DNA from: Leptospirales bacterium
GTDB taxonomy: Bacteria; Spirochaetota; Leptospiria; Turneriellales; JAOUFE01
DNA length: 64,000 bases
NCBI GenBank assembly: GCA_040326155.1
Contig: JBEQLE010000008.1
Location: forward strand, 1 to 64,000
Direction of reading: 5' to 3'
Part shown: one piece after another, positions 49,707 to 59,938 of the stretch
How positions within the stretch are numbered: position 1 is the first letter of the stretch
How the letters are laid out: each line of letters begins with the position of its first letter
Made by a program: the position numbers and the translations under genes
Notes under the pieces: generated by a model
Told to the model about the DNA's origin: nothing
The model's database searches: none
What the model saw: the letters and a program-made list of their open reading frames with translations, nothing else

Positions 49707-50070
49707 ATTTACTCCTTTATAAAACGTAGTATTTAATCGGAACGATCAAAAAGATACTACATTAAAAATGAATTCAATGGGACGAGAAACCCAGCAAATT
49801 ACAACATTTTTCAGGAAAAACTCCCGCTGTTACATGTTATCCATTTATTCAACGATTTGTCAAGCTCAATGATACATTTCGTCAAAAAGCGGATCAGGAA
49901 AAATCGGCTTGCTTATTAAAAACCCTAAAAACATCAGAAAAAATTTTTTTTAACCATTTAAGAACGAAATTACTTGAATGAACACTTTTTTTTTCCGATA
50001 ATATTAAAACAGACAACTTCAATCGTCTCAACATTAATAGTTTTCAGATGTAAAAAAAAAGGAGAATAAA

Positions 50071-51585
50071 ATGGCAAGCAAAGTCAATGGCGAAAAAAAA
50101 CAAATGTCGGTGGTTACAAACGATAAAGAGTACGTACTCGATTACGATCAAATATTGGTCAGTCATACGAACTTAAAAGGAATCATTACATATATAAATC
50201 GTGAGTTTGAAATTATCTCAGGGTTTTCAAAAGAAGAGTTAATTGGAAATCCCCACAGTATTATTCGCCACCCCGGCATGCCTCGCAGCGCATTTTACGA
50301 CCTCTGGGATACTATTAAAAAAGGAGACTCATGGAAAGGGTATGTAAAAAACCGAACCAAAGACGGTGGTTACTATTGGGTAGATGCGCGAGTCTCACCT
50401 TTATATGAAAATGGAGAGCATGTTGGATATTTATCAGTTCGATATAAACCCGAACCTACCGAGTTGAAAAATGTTATTAAGCTATACGATAATTTATTGA
50501 AGGAAAAAGGGAACTTCCCATATACGGACCAGGGACCAAGTACGAAAATTTCTACAAAAATTACTATTCTCGCGTCATTGATGGCCTTGCCCATTGCTTA
50601 CGCTGCTTTACACCAGTTTACTCCCCTGCCGTTTACCGTCGATTTGGCCATTTCCGGCACTTTATACCTTATTTCTCTTTTCTCCTTAAACCTGTTCACC
50701 AAAAAACTAATTGGAACTCCGGTTAAAGAATCGGTAACCACAGGAACAAATCTGGCCAAAGGGTATTTACAAATGGACTTACCGGTCAACCGTCATGATG
50801 AGATGGGAAGTTTCTATAAGACTCTGCACATTATGATGAATAACTTTACCGGTGTCATTGGAAAACTCGGAGAAAACTCTAAAACAATGCAAGTTGCCAT
50901 TAACAACATTGCGCAAACATCGCAGGCTCTGAGTCAAAATAGCTCAGAACAAGCCGGGGCAGTCGAAGAGACAAGTTCATCACTCGAAGAAATGGCCGCG
51001 ACAATTATACAAAATGCCGACAACGCAAAATCAACCGAATCCATTGCGAACAAGACAGCGGACCAAAGTGTTGAAGGTGGTAAAGCAGTAGAAGAAACTG
51101 CTGGGGCAATGACCGAAATTTCCGGAAAGGTCGGGGTGATCGAAGAAATTGCCTACCAAACAAACCTTCTTGCCTTAAACGCTGCCATTGAAGCAGCCAG
51201 AGCAGGTGAATCGGGAAAAGGCTTTGCTGTCGTAGCCGCAGAAGTTCGTAAATTAGCCGAAAGAAGCCAGGGCGAAGCAAAAATGATTACCGATATTGTC
51301 CAAAAAAGCGTCGAGGTTTCAACGCGAGCCGGTCAAATTATTGAATCGATCGTTCCCGATGTAAACAAAACAGCAGAACTTGTAAAAGAGATCTCAGCCG
51401 CGTCGGATGAACAAACAGTGGGTGTCGACCAAATGAACAAGGCAGTAGCACAACTCAACCTCGCAGCCCAGGGTAACGCCGCTTCAGCCGAAGAACTTTC
51501 GAGTACTGCGGAAGACCTGAACGAACAATCCGTGCAACTTTCAGGAATTTTAAATTCCTTTAAATTACGTCGAAAAACAAGATAA
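50071..51585 (+). CDS. Aer-like PAS-domain methyl-accepting chemotaxis protein
   Basis: PAS ([16 protein letters not shown]...W...[14 protein letters not shown]), [33 protein letters not shown]. Confidence 0.93.
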   Translation: MASKVNGEKKQMSVVTNDKEYVLDYDQILVSHTNLKGIITYINREFEIISGFSKEELIGNPHSIIRHPGMPRSAFYDLWDTIKKGDSWKGYVKNRTKDGGYYWVDARVSPLYENGEHVGYLSVRYKPEPTELKNVIKLYDNLLKEKGNFPYTDQGPSTKISTKITILASLMALPIAYAALHQFTPLPFTVDLAISGTLYLISLFSLNLFTKKLIGTPVKESVTTGTNLAKGYLQMDLPVNRHDEMGSFYKTLHIMMNNFTGVIGKLGENSKTMQVAINNIAQTSQALSQNSSEQAGAVEETSSSLEEMAATIIQNADNAKSTESIANKTADQSVEGGKAVEETAGAMTEISGKVGVIEEIAYQTNLLALNAAIEAARAGESGKGFAVVAAEVRKLAERSQGEAKMITDIVQKSVEVSTRAGQIIESIVPDVNKTAELVKEISAASDEQTVGVDQMNKAVAQLNLAAQGNAASAEELSSTAEDLNEQSVQLSGILNSFKLRRKTR

Positions 51586-51601
51586 TACTTAAAACTATTC
51601 T

Positions 51602-51654
51602 ACAGCAGAAAAAGAGAAAAAGAGAATAAACCCTTTTTTCTCTTTTTCTGCTGT
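51602..51654 (+). terminator. Long hairpin after the MCP gene
   Basis: ACAGCAGAAAAAGAGAAAAA...TTTTTCTCTTTTTCTGCTGT. Confidence 0.7.
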
Positions 51655-51747
51655 TTACCATTTATAATTTTCTCGAAAACTACTTGTTTTCGCTATTAAT
51701 AGTAGTTCAGGCTTTTCAATATCTACCGAAAATGAATATGTAGACAT

Positions 51748-52527
51748 ATGTTCATTGTAAAAGCTATAACGAATCGAATATTACAGGTATGGAAATATAC
51801 AGGAGGTTTATTCGCTCTTATATTTTTCTCTGTCCGTGATTATCTATTTGAACGCAAAGGACGTCATTTAGTACATAGCATTATCACCTCCCAGATTTAC
51901 TTTACCGGGAATAAAGCGATTACAATTATTTCAACGGTTGCTTTTACACTGGGCGCCATAACAGTAATACAACTCTTTAGCAGACTTTCCAGTGTCGGCG
52001 CCGTTGAGTATATGGGTGTAATTTTGAACGTGGTTATAATACGAGAACTTGGCCCATTGATAACGGCTTTTGTAGTTATCGCCCGTTCGGGTTCAGCCAT
52101 TTCAGCTGAAATTGCCACAATGATGGTCACTGACGAAATCAGCGCTATTGAAATGCAAGGTATAAACACTTTAAAAATAATCGTATTCCCACGAATAGCG
52201 GGTGTAACTATTTCGTTAATTATGCTATCGATATATTTTATTACACTCGGGTTAACCGGAGCTTTTATAATCGGCAACCTTTATTCAGGGCTGACGTTTG
52301 ATACTTTTCAAAAGTATATGTTAAATTCTATTGGATTTCTCGATATTTTAGCCAGCATTATGAAGAGTGCCGTGTTCGGCCTTTTTATTGCGGCAATTCC
52401 CATTTATTATGGCTTTCAGGCTTTTACATATACTCAAATTCCCCAGGTGACAACAAAAGCCGTGGTGAGTTCTATTTTTACTTTATTTGTGCTTGATATA
52501 TTAATTACTTTGATGTTTTCTTTATAG
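51748..52527 (+). CDS. mlaE: MlaE-family permease
   Basis: IRELGPLITAFVVIARSGSAISAEIATM..TDEI.A...G, PRI. Confidence 0.92.
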   Translation: MFIVKAITNRILQVWKYTGGLFALIFFSVRDYLFERKGRHLVHSIITSQIYFTGNKAITIISTVAFTLGAITVIQLFSRLSSVGAVEYMGVILNVVIIRELGPLITAFVVIARSGSAISAEIATMMVTDEISAIEMQGINTLKIIVFPRIAGVTISLIMLSIYFITLGLTGAFIIGNLYSGLTFDTFQKYMLNSIGFLDILASIMKSAVFGLFIAAIPIYYGFQAFTYTQIPQVTTKAVVSSIFTLFVLDILITLMFSL

Positions 52528-52535
52528 GGCAGAAT

Positions 52536-53261
52536 GTGAGCGAAATAGTATTAGATAATGTCGGACTGGTCAGCAATTCGACGCAAATTTTAGAAAATAT
52601 AAACGAAACGATTTTTCGTGGGGAGCTTTACTGTATTTTAGGAACGTCAGGCAGCGGAAAGTCTACCTTGTTAAAAGTCATTAACGGACTCTTAATTGAA
52701 ATAGAAGGAAAAGTCATCGTGCAAGGCAAGAGTATTTACAACTACAGTCCAAAGGAAATGTTAAACTACCATAACCGGTGTGGGTTTGTATTTCAAACTT
52801 CAGCATTAATAAGTAACATGACGGTGTTTGATAATCTTGCATTATGCTTTCAATACCATACAAATTTAACAAAGATTGAAATTTTTGAAAAAATTGAACC
52901 GCACCTGGCTTATTTTGACGTCGATACAACTATATTGGAACAACGCCCCGCTTTTTTAAGCAATGGAGAAAAGCAAATTTTCGGAATTATTCGTGCCTTG
53001 CTGAGAGATCCCGAATATCGATTCTGGGACCAGCCGCTCTCCAGCCTGGACCATATTTATCAAAATAGAGTACAAAAATTAATAGAAAAATCACGGGATG
53101 AAGGAAAAACAACAATATTAGTTTCTAATCATCCTAAATATGCGTTGAAGGTCGCCGACCGTATCGGAATTTTACACCAGGGCAGATTAATTGCCAGTGA
53201 AACCCCCAGGGTAATTAAAAAAACAAAAGACTCCATAATAAAAAGGTTAATTCAAAGTTAA
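52536..53261 (+). CDS. mlaF: MlaF-like ABC ATPase (degenerate motifs)
   Basis: GTSGSGKS, GFVFQTSALI, LSNGEKQ, RFWDQPLSSLD. Confidence 0.82.
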   Translation: MSEIVLDNVGLVSNSTQILENINETIFRGELYCILGTSGSGKSTLLKVINGLLIEIEGKVIVQGKSIYNYSPKEMLNYHNRCGFVFQTSALISNMTVFDNLALCFQYHTNLTKIEIFEKIEPHLAYFDVDTTILEQRPAFLSNGEKQIFGIIRALLRDPEYRFWDQPLSSLDHIYQNRVQKLIEKSRDEGKTTILVSNHPKYALKVADRIGILHQGRLIASETPRVIKKTKDSIIKRLIQS

Positions 53262-53273
53262 CGAGGAAAGATT

Positions 53274-54368
53274 ATGCCATTTACATTTAAAAACAAACAA
53301 AAAGCCGTCTCAATGTTTTTCATGGTGGGGCTATTTCTCCTGGTTGTGTTAGGAGTGCTGTTTGCAAAGCAAAGCGACTTAATAACTTCAAAAGTGAAAT
53401 ATTACACTATATTCACAGATGCCCATGGGTTTTCAGGTGGCGCCGATATTACCTATAGAGGTTTTAAAATCGGTCGCATCACCTCGGTCAGCCTTACAGA
53501 AGACAACAACATACAAGCAAATTTATACATATACAAAAAACATGAGAGGTTGATTGGGCCCGACTCTGTATTACGAGTACAAACCAATATAGTTGGATCT
53601 TCATCACTTACATTAATGACCTTTGATCCTGTACCTGAAGAAAAAATATCTGACAAAGACACAACAAAGGGCGAACAAGCCGAAAAAAATCCGGATGGCA
53701 AATTAGACAAAATTGACGAAAAGCAAAATAATAATGCCCCGGACAAAGCTCCCGAAGACACTCTAGCCGAAACGACCCAGGAAGATACTGAACCTCTAAA
53801 GGATATTAAAGGAAATTTTGGTACAATAAGAGAAGGAATATTCTCTTCCGATATGGCTCAAGGGAAGAAAATATTAAAAGAAAAGGCCGCTACAACAATC
53901 GCTGGGGATGAATTATCAGATAAAATTGCCGTATTACTTGACGATGTTCACACGCTGCAGCCTGAATTAAAGTCCACTCTGGAGAATATTTCAAAATCAA
54001 TGGAACACATGAGTGTTATTTTAGCAAGCTTACGAGGTAGCAATAGAACCCCACTGGGTGAATCGGTGCTTTCCATACTCAAAAATACGAATGAAACAAC
54101 TAAAAGCTTAAATGAATTAAGCGCAGCTTTAAATTCACCGAAAAACACCGTTGGCTCTTTAGCTCGCGATAACGGAACCATGCTCAAAACACTCAGTGAG
54201 GTGATGGCAAATCTTGAAGTTCTTTCGAAAGATTTAAAAACATTTTCAGCATCTACCGTAGGTGATGAAGCAAAAATGGAAAAATTAATGCGCTTGATCG
54301 ATGAGAATCTTGTCGAAACAAAAATTCTCGTGAAAGGAATGCAAAAAGTCTTTCCCTACCGCGAATAA
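53274..54368 (+). CDS. mlaD: MCE/MlaD-family protein
   Basis: TM anchor, FTDAHGFSGGADITYRGFKIGRI MCE motif, long helical tail. Confidence 0.88.
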   Translation: MPFTFKNKQKAVSMFFMVGLFLLVVLGVLFAKQSDLITSKVKYYTIFTDAHGFSGGADITYRGFKIGRITSVSLTEDNNIQANLYIYKKHERLIGPDSVLRVQTNIVGSSSLTLMTFDPVPEEKISDKDTTKGEQAEKNPDGKLDKIDEKQNNNAPDKAPEDTLAETTQEDTEPLKDIKGNFGTIREGIFSSDMAQGKKILKEKAATTIAGDELSDKIAVLLDDVHTLQPELKSTLENISKSMEHMSVILASLRGSNRTPLGESVLSILKNTNETTKSLNELSAALNSPKNTVGSLARDNGTMLKTLSEVMANLEVLSKDLKTFSASTVGDEAKMEKLMRLIDENLVETKILVKGMQKVFPYRE

Positions 54369-54401
54369 AAGAAATTCAACGAGTAGCGTTTTACTTGTTT
54401 G

Positions 54402-54854
54402 CTATATCACTTTTTTAATCTGGCGATTCAATGTGGAAGCTATTATTAGATCAACCCCGGTTTTTAATATATCAGACCAGCGTTGTTTAATTTGTTCGTT
54501 CATCTGAGGTTCATATGCTGTTAATTTCGAAATGAGAATATCACGCCATTCCCACATTGTGTAAGGTGGAAGTTCATCGAGACAAGTCATTACGGGAAGT
54601 TTTCTTACATATTTGCCATACCTACCCCAGATTGCGCCCGTAGATGAACAATCGAGGGAATACCACAACAGTGTATCGGCGGCTTCTAAAATTTTTCCTT
54701 TTATTTGCGGCTCTGGCTCCTGGCTAAACATGGAAATTGCCTCGGGAGTCGTACTGGAAATTGCATAGTACACATCGTTCCAAAAGTCACGATTTTTGGC
54801 ACAAGCGCGATAGCTTTGCCTGAGAACGAGATCTGTATTGTCGGTTAGTTCCAT
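54402..54854 (-). CDS. Globin-like protein lacking histidine
   Basis: AAGGA SD before MELTDN; SYRAC...FW..VY......PE...MF and PP.....W...L......EP........W..IL..G pattern of bacterial single-domain globins. Confidence 0.55.
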   Translation of the reverse strand: MELTDNTDLVLRQSYRACAKNRDFWNDVYYAISSTTPEAISMFSQEPEPQIKGKILEAADTLLWYSLDCSSTGAIWGRYGKYVRKLPVMTCLDELPPYTMWEWRDILISKLTAYEPQMNEQIKQRWSDILKTGVDLIIASTLNRQIKKVI

Positions 54855-54951
54855 TTTCCTTATCTCTAAATCAGCCAAAGAGCTGATACAAATCGATTTC
54901 AATGTAACAATAATTCTTTGACGTGTCTACTTTTGTTTTGTATAAAGCCCA

Positions 54952-55194
54952 TTAACCATCAATTTTCCGATGTGAACCATCGCAGTCCGGTGGGTAATTT
55001 GTTTGTTTGCATTGACATAATGACATATACTTATCTGTTTTCACTTCAAATTTTTTCGGTGAAAAAGAAGTCCTATCATGATGGCCATCGCAAAAGGGCT
55101 GCTTTAAAGATAACCCACATTGACACCAGTAGTAAGTACCCGCAGCCAACTTTTCTGTATATGGTTTCTTCATGGCAACTTTTGGCTTTTGCAT
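54952..55194 (-). CDS. Double CDGSH iron-sulfur protein (CISD3/MiNT-like)
   Basis: WCQCGLSLKQPFCDGHH and LCQCKQTNYPPDCDGSH. Confidence 0.92.
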   Translation of the reverse strand: MQKPKVAMKKPYTEKLAAGTYYWCQCGLSLKQPFCDGHHDRTSFSPKKFEVKTDKYMSLCQCKQTNYPPDCDGSHRKIDG

Positions 55195-55367
55195 GCATTT
55201 TCCTTATTCTTAATGACTTAGACGTACAACTAATACATAATCCGTCAACCAGGTTTTAATAATTGTTATAATTATTATAAAAACATCCCCCTGCGACCTT
55301 ACATCTTTCTGACAATTACAGGCAACCTGAATTGACAAACCATGCCTGAATTTAACCATGTTAACTT

Positions 55368-56765
55368 ATGAGCGACAATAACACAATGCAGCAAACAGAA
55401 GATGTTGCGGTTCGACAACTGATAGACCGTTATAACACCCCGGTCCCGCGATACACTTCCTACCCGACCGCTTTGGAATTCGAACCCGAATTTAACGAAT
55501 CTCTTTTTTTTGAAGCGTTAAACCAAATGGACCAGGAAAAACCCATTAGTCTATATATTCATATCCCTTTTTGCGAAAAACGTTGCCACTATTGTGGCTG
55601 TAATGTCATTGTAAGCCGTCGAAAAGAGTTACTTGCACCATTTTTAGATGACCTATATAAAGAAATTCAACATAAAATCGAGAAAATCGGATTTAAACCC
55701 CAGGTCGCACAACTGCACTTCGGGGGAGGAACCCCGAATTATTTATCGGCGAAGGACTGGGAAGAGCTTCTTGCTTTTCTAAAAGAACACTTCACTTTTA
55801 ACTCGGAAATCGAAATGAGTGTTGAACTCGACCCCATGCATTTAAACGATGAATATTTAACCGATTTAAAAAAACTGGGGTTTAATCGACTAAGTTTTGG
55901 AATTCAAGATATTCATGATAAAGTTCAACATGCAGTGAATCGTGAACAAAGTTTCGATCATATTAATGCTTGTTACAGCAGCGCTCGTAAACTCGGGTTT
56001 GACTCTCTCAACGTAGACTTTATTTACGGCTTGCCCTACCAGGACGAAGAATCGTTTAATGAAAATATAGATTGGGTAAAAACCCATAGGCCCGATCGAA
56101 TTGCCATCTTCAGTTATGCACATATTCCATGGATAAAAAGCCATCAAAAAAATATGCCAGAAGAAGCTCTACCAGACGCCGCCACAAAAATGTCTATATA
56201 TTTATCTTCTCGAAAAAAACTGCTTGAAATTGGCTATGTCGCCATCGGTATCGACCACTACGCCATACCCGAAGACGAACTAAGCCGAGCTCGTGAAGAC
56301 CGAAGTTTACACCGAAATTTTATGGGATACACGACCAAGGCAAACATCGACATGCTTGCATTTGGGCCAAGTGCAATTTCCATGGTCGGTGGTGTGTTTG
56401 TACAAAACCATCTAAAACTGCGTTCTTATGAATCGGCTGCAAGAACCCAGGAGTCACACTTTGAAAAAGGTTACAAAATGACAGAAGAAGATATTCTTCG
56501 TTCTGAAGTTATTCAGTCTATTATGAATAACTTATTTGTAGATATTCAGGAAATAAATAAAAAATGGAATATCGATTTCTGGAGTAAATTCGGGGATGAA
56601 AAAGAGCGGTTAAACTCTTTTAAATCGGAAGGCCTTATTAAATATAATGATTCTACCATCGAAGTGACAAAAACCGGCTCTTACGTTGTTCGACATATTG
56701 CCACCACGTTCGATGCCTACCGGGGAAAAAACGATAAAGAGAAACGATTCTCAAAAGGAATTTAA
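55368..56765 (+). CDS. hemN: Oxygen-independent coproporphyrinogen III oxidase
   Basis: PRYTSYPTA, YIHIPFCEKRCHYCGC, HFGGGTP, HRNFMGYT. Confidence 0.95.
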   Translation: MSDNNTMQQTEDVAVRQLIDRYNTPVPRYTSYPTALEFEPEFNESLFFEALNQMDQEKPISLYIHIPFCEKRCHYCGCNVIVSRRKELLAPFLDDLYKEIQHKIEKIGFKPQVAQLHFGGGTPNYLSAKDWEELLAFLKEHFTFNSEIEMSVELDPMHLNDEYLTDLKKLGFNRLSFGIQDIHDKVQHAVNREQSFDHINACYSSARKLGFDSLNVDFIYGLPYQDEESFNENIDWVKTHRPDRIAIFSYAHIPWIKSHQKNMPEEALPDAATKMSIYLSSRKKLLEIGYVAIGIDHYAIPEDELSRAREDRSLHRNFMGYTTKANIDMLAFGPSAISMVGGVFVQNHLKLRSYESAARTQESHFEKGYKMTEEDILRSEVIQSIMNNLFVDIQEINKKWNIDFWSKFGDEKERLNSFKSEGLIKYNDSTIEVTKTGSYVVRHIATTFDAYRGKNDKEKRFSKGI

Positions 56766-56794
56766 CAAAAATATAAAAGGGGAAGCGGGGAAAA

Positions 56795-57017
56795 ACCGAA
56801 CGAAGCGAATAAAGTACAACGAAGCGGGCTTTTAAAAACCACGCTTTTTAAAAGTAAAAAACTTCAAACAACAATCGAATGAAACGGCTTCGTCGAGTTT
56901 TCGTGCGAAAAACTCGACAGACCATCGTCCCTTCCGCTACCGCTAGCGGGACTCAAGCCAAAAACCGCAGGATTTTTTTACAAACTAAATGTAACCGAAG
57001 GATTATTTTGTGCACTA
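56795..57017 (-). repeat. Repeat family A, copy 4 (inverted, duplicated head)
   Basis: Minus strand TAGTGCACAAAATAATCCTTCGG...AAAAAAATCCTGCGGTTTTT...TTTGAAGT...AAAAAGCGTGGTTTTTAAAA. Confidence 0.75.
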
Positions 57018-59810
57018 AAGAAAAGACAACAGGTTGTTTATTTCACCGAGTTTTCTCTGGGCGTCGGCTTGCTTCGATTTTTCGCCTTCAATTAAGTCGG
57101 CGGGAGCATTTTCTACAAACTTCTCATTGGACAATTTCTTGTTAATCGAATTTACGTATTGTTCGAGGTTTGCCGCCTCTTTACCAAGGCGCTCTTTCTC
57201 TTTTTCGGCGTCGACTAAATGTAAAACATCGAGAGCGATTGTGCCATAATCAAAAGGGGCTTTTATACCTTCGAGCGACGCATTACCAGTCTGGGTTTTA
57301 AACTCTTTGAGGTTCGTCAAACGAACGATGTGATCTTTCTGAAGTTCTAACTCACCGGCTATTTTTTCATCGTTAAAACCAACCGAGACCGAGAATTTTT
57401 CTCCCGGAGGCAGACCCAGCTCACCGCGCAAGGAACGAATTTTATTGATAACACCGATTAACCTTTGAGTTTTTTCCCATCCATCAATACTGGCCGAGTC
57501 GGAAAATTCAACGGGTTGCGGCCACGAAGCTACGATAATTTTCTCAGCAACTTTATCAGAACTTTCATCTTTCGTGTTTTCGGCCCAGAAACTGTAAAGT
57601 TCTTCTGTAATAAACGGCATAACCGGATGAAGTAGTTTCAGAGAGTTTAAAAATACAAAGTTTAAAACATAGCGTGTCGTCTCTGCCGTTTCGGAATCTT
57701 TCAAAGAAGTTTTGGACAGTTCCAGATAGTGACCACAAAAAGTTTTCCAAATAAAGTCGTATATGCTTTGCGCATACTCGGCAAAACGCATCGCCTCTAA
57801 AGAGTCGTTAATTTTACTCAGTGTGTTATTAAACTCTTTTAGAATCCAGGTGTCGATGGTCCCGAGTTCACCAGGCGCAGCCTTGGGCAAAACATAATCG
57901 GACGGTTGGTTCATCCAGATAAAACGAGCGGTGTTCCAGATTTTATTACAAAAAGCAGCGTAACCTTTTAAACGACTTTCGTCGTAAATAATATCTTTAC
58001 CTTCGGGCAGAATCGATATCATGAAAAAGCGAAAAGCGTCGGTTCCATACTCACCCATTTTCTCAAGGGGGTTCACAACGTTACCTTTTGACTTACTCAT
58101 TTTCGCTCGATCAGCGTCTCGCACCAGACCGTGAATATAAACTTTTTCAAAAGGAATCTCTTTCATAAAGTGTTTACCCATCATGATCATTCGGGCGACC
58201 CAGAAAAAGATAATATCAAAACCGGTGACCAGAACCCTGGTCGGATAAAATAAAGAAAGTTCGGTGTTGTCTACCGGCCACGACTTATTCTCTTTACTCT
58301 CTTTACTCTCCTGTTCAGAAAGAAGCGTAGAAAAGGGCCAGAGCGCCGAAGAAAACCAGGTATCGAGAACATCCTCGTCTTGTTTTATGTTAGAGCTATC
58401 ACACTTTTCACATTTGTCGGGCTGTGAAAGGGCAACATGTATATGGCCACACTCGTCACAAATATAAGCGGGAATGCGATGCCCCCACCAGAGCTGACGC
58501 GAAATACACCAGTCTTGAATATTATACATCCACTCAAAATAGGTATTCTCCCACCGTTTGGGAACAAACTCTATGGAGCCATCTTTTACAACTTCAATAG
58601 CTTTTTCAGCAAGCGGTTTAACTTTTACAAACCACTGCAAACTTGAAATGGGTTCTACAACGGTCGAACAGCGATAGCACTGCCCCACCGCGTGTTTTAT
58701 ATCTTCAATATTTAATAAGTACTTTTCGGTTTCCAGATCTTCGAGAATTTTCTCTCGAGCTTTTTCACGGGTCAGCCCTTTGTATTTTCCGGCCAATTCA
58801 TTCATTACCGCATGGTCATCGAGAACTCTCGTTATAGGAAGGTTGTGACGTTTACCGGCTTCAAAGTCATTCGGGTCATGAGCCGGGGTAATTTTTACAA
58901 CGCCCGTACCAAACTCTTTGTCTACAAAATCATCAGCTATTACAGGTAGAACCTTACCAATAAGTGGCAACACAACTCGTTTACCAATAAACTGTTTATA
59001 ACGATCATCATCGGGATGAACCGCCAGGGCCTCATCACCCAGCATGGTTTCGGGTCGAGTGGTTGCTACAGTTAAAACATTTCCTTCGGCAAGAGCCTTT
59101 TGAATTTCATCGTTTGTGGGTTCGTCGGAATCGACAAGGGGATAGTGAACATGATAAAGTTTACCTTTGCGCTCTTTGTGCTCCACCTCAATATTCGAAA
59201 TCGCGGTTACACAATGAGGACACCAGTTAATAATTCTTTCGCTTCTATAGATAAGACCTTCGTTATAAAGACTAACGAAAACTTCACGAACGGTATGCGA
59301 AAGTCCTTCGTCCATGGTAAAACGCTCTTTTTCCCAGTCGACAGATTCGCCAAGCTCGCGCTGCTGGTGGGTGATCATCCCGCCGGACTCTTCTTTCCAC
59401 TGCCAAACCCTCTCTTGAAATTTTTCCCGGCCCATCTCCCACCGGTTTGTTCCCTCTTTCGCGAGCAATTTTTCTACAACGTTCTGGGTGGCAATTCCAG
59501 CGTGGTCCGTTCCCGGCAGCCACATCGAGACATCGCCCTTCATTCGGTGATGCCGTACCAGAATATCTTGTATAGTATGATTCAGTGCGTGCCCAAGATG
59601 CAACGACCCGGTAACATTCGGAGGCGGTATAACCATCGAAAACGTTCTGTTTTCGCCATGAAGTTTTTTACCCTGCTCTTTTGTAATTTCACCCTCGGTA
59701 TTATGTTTCCAGGAAAAATAACCGCCCTCTTCCCAGATCGGATACCACTTTTTCTCAAGCCCGTGCGGGTTATACTTCGAAGGTAAATCTTTAATATTTT
59801 CATCGGCCAT
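57015..59810 (-). CDS. valS: Valyl-tRNA synthetase
   Basis: PPPNVTGSLHLGH, DHAGIATQ, DWCISRQLWWGH, KMSKS, C-terminal coiled coil; start MADENI. Confidence 0.97.
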   Translation of the reverse strand: MADENIKDLPSKYNPHGLEKKWYPIWEEGGYFSWKHNTEGEITKEQGKKLHGENRTFSMVIPPPNVTGSLHLGHALNHTIQDILVRHHRMKGDVSMWLPGTDHAGIATQNVVEKLLAKEGTNRWEMGREKFQERVWQWKEESGGMITHQQRELGESVDWEKERFTMDEGLSHTVREVFVSLYNEGLIYRSERIINWCPHCVTAISNIEVEHKERKGKLYHVHYPLVDSDEPTNDEIQKALAEGNVLTVATTRPETMLGDEALAVHPDDDRYKQFIGKRVVLPLIGKVLPVIADDFVDKEFGTGVVKITPAHDPNDFEAGKRHNLPITRVLDDHAVMNELAGKYKGLTREKAREKILEDLETEKYLLNIEDIKHAVGQCYRCSTVVEPISSLQWFVKVKPLAEKAIEVVKDGSIEFVPKRWENTYFEWMYNIQDWCISRQLWWGHRIPAYICDECGHIHVALSQPDKCEKCDSSNIKQDEDVLDTWFSSALWPFSTLLSEQESKESKENKSWPVDNTELSLFYPTRVLVTGFDIIFFWVARMIMMGKHFMKEIPFEKVYIHGLVRDADRAKMSKSKGNVVNPLEKMGEYGTDAFRFFMISILPEGKDIIYDESRLKGYAAFCNKIWNTARFIWMNQPSDYVLPKAAPGELGTIDTWILKEFNNTLSKINDSLEAMRFAEYAQSIYDFIWKTFCGHYLELSKTSLKDSETAETTRYVLNFVFLNSLKLLHPVMPFITEELYSFWAENTKDESSDKVAEKIIVASWPQPVEFSDSASIDGWEKTQRLIGVINKIRSLRGELGLPPGEKFSVSVGFNDEKIAGELELQKDHIVRLTNLKEFKTQTGNASLEGIKAPFDYGTIALDVLHLVDAEKEKERLGKEAANLEQYVNSINKKLSNEKFVENAPADLIEGEKSKQADAQRKLGEINNLLSFL

Positions 59811-59872
59811 ATCCACCAAAACAGTGTTTTGAGACGGCTTGTCAATGGTTAGATTAAGGCAGGGAAGCAAGG

Positions 59873-59938
59873 AGGGTGCAAGTCTGCCCCCTCGCTACAA
59901 ATCTTTTTATTAAAAAGATTTTCTGCTACCCCCGACGT
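59873..59938 (-). repeat. Structured repeat family B, copy 3 (diverged)
   Basis: AGGGTGCAAGTCTGCCCCCTCGCT...GCTACCCCCGACGT matches the ends of the reverse complement of copy 1; internal hairpin AAATCTTTTT-att-AAAAAGATTT. Confidence 0.55.

Noticed and set aside
55343..55359. TGCCTGAATTTAACCAT upstream of hemN resembles TGCCTTAATCTAACCAT upstream of valS
   Set aside because: A 15/17 match is expected by chance in 64 kb of AT-rich DNA, and there is no functional link.
59100..59786. Long antisense ORFs inside valS, and likewise in metH, priA and the cyclase gene
   Set aside because: Shadow frames of conserved genes with no independent motifs.
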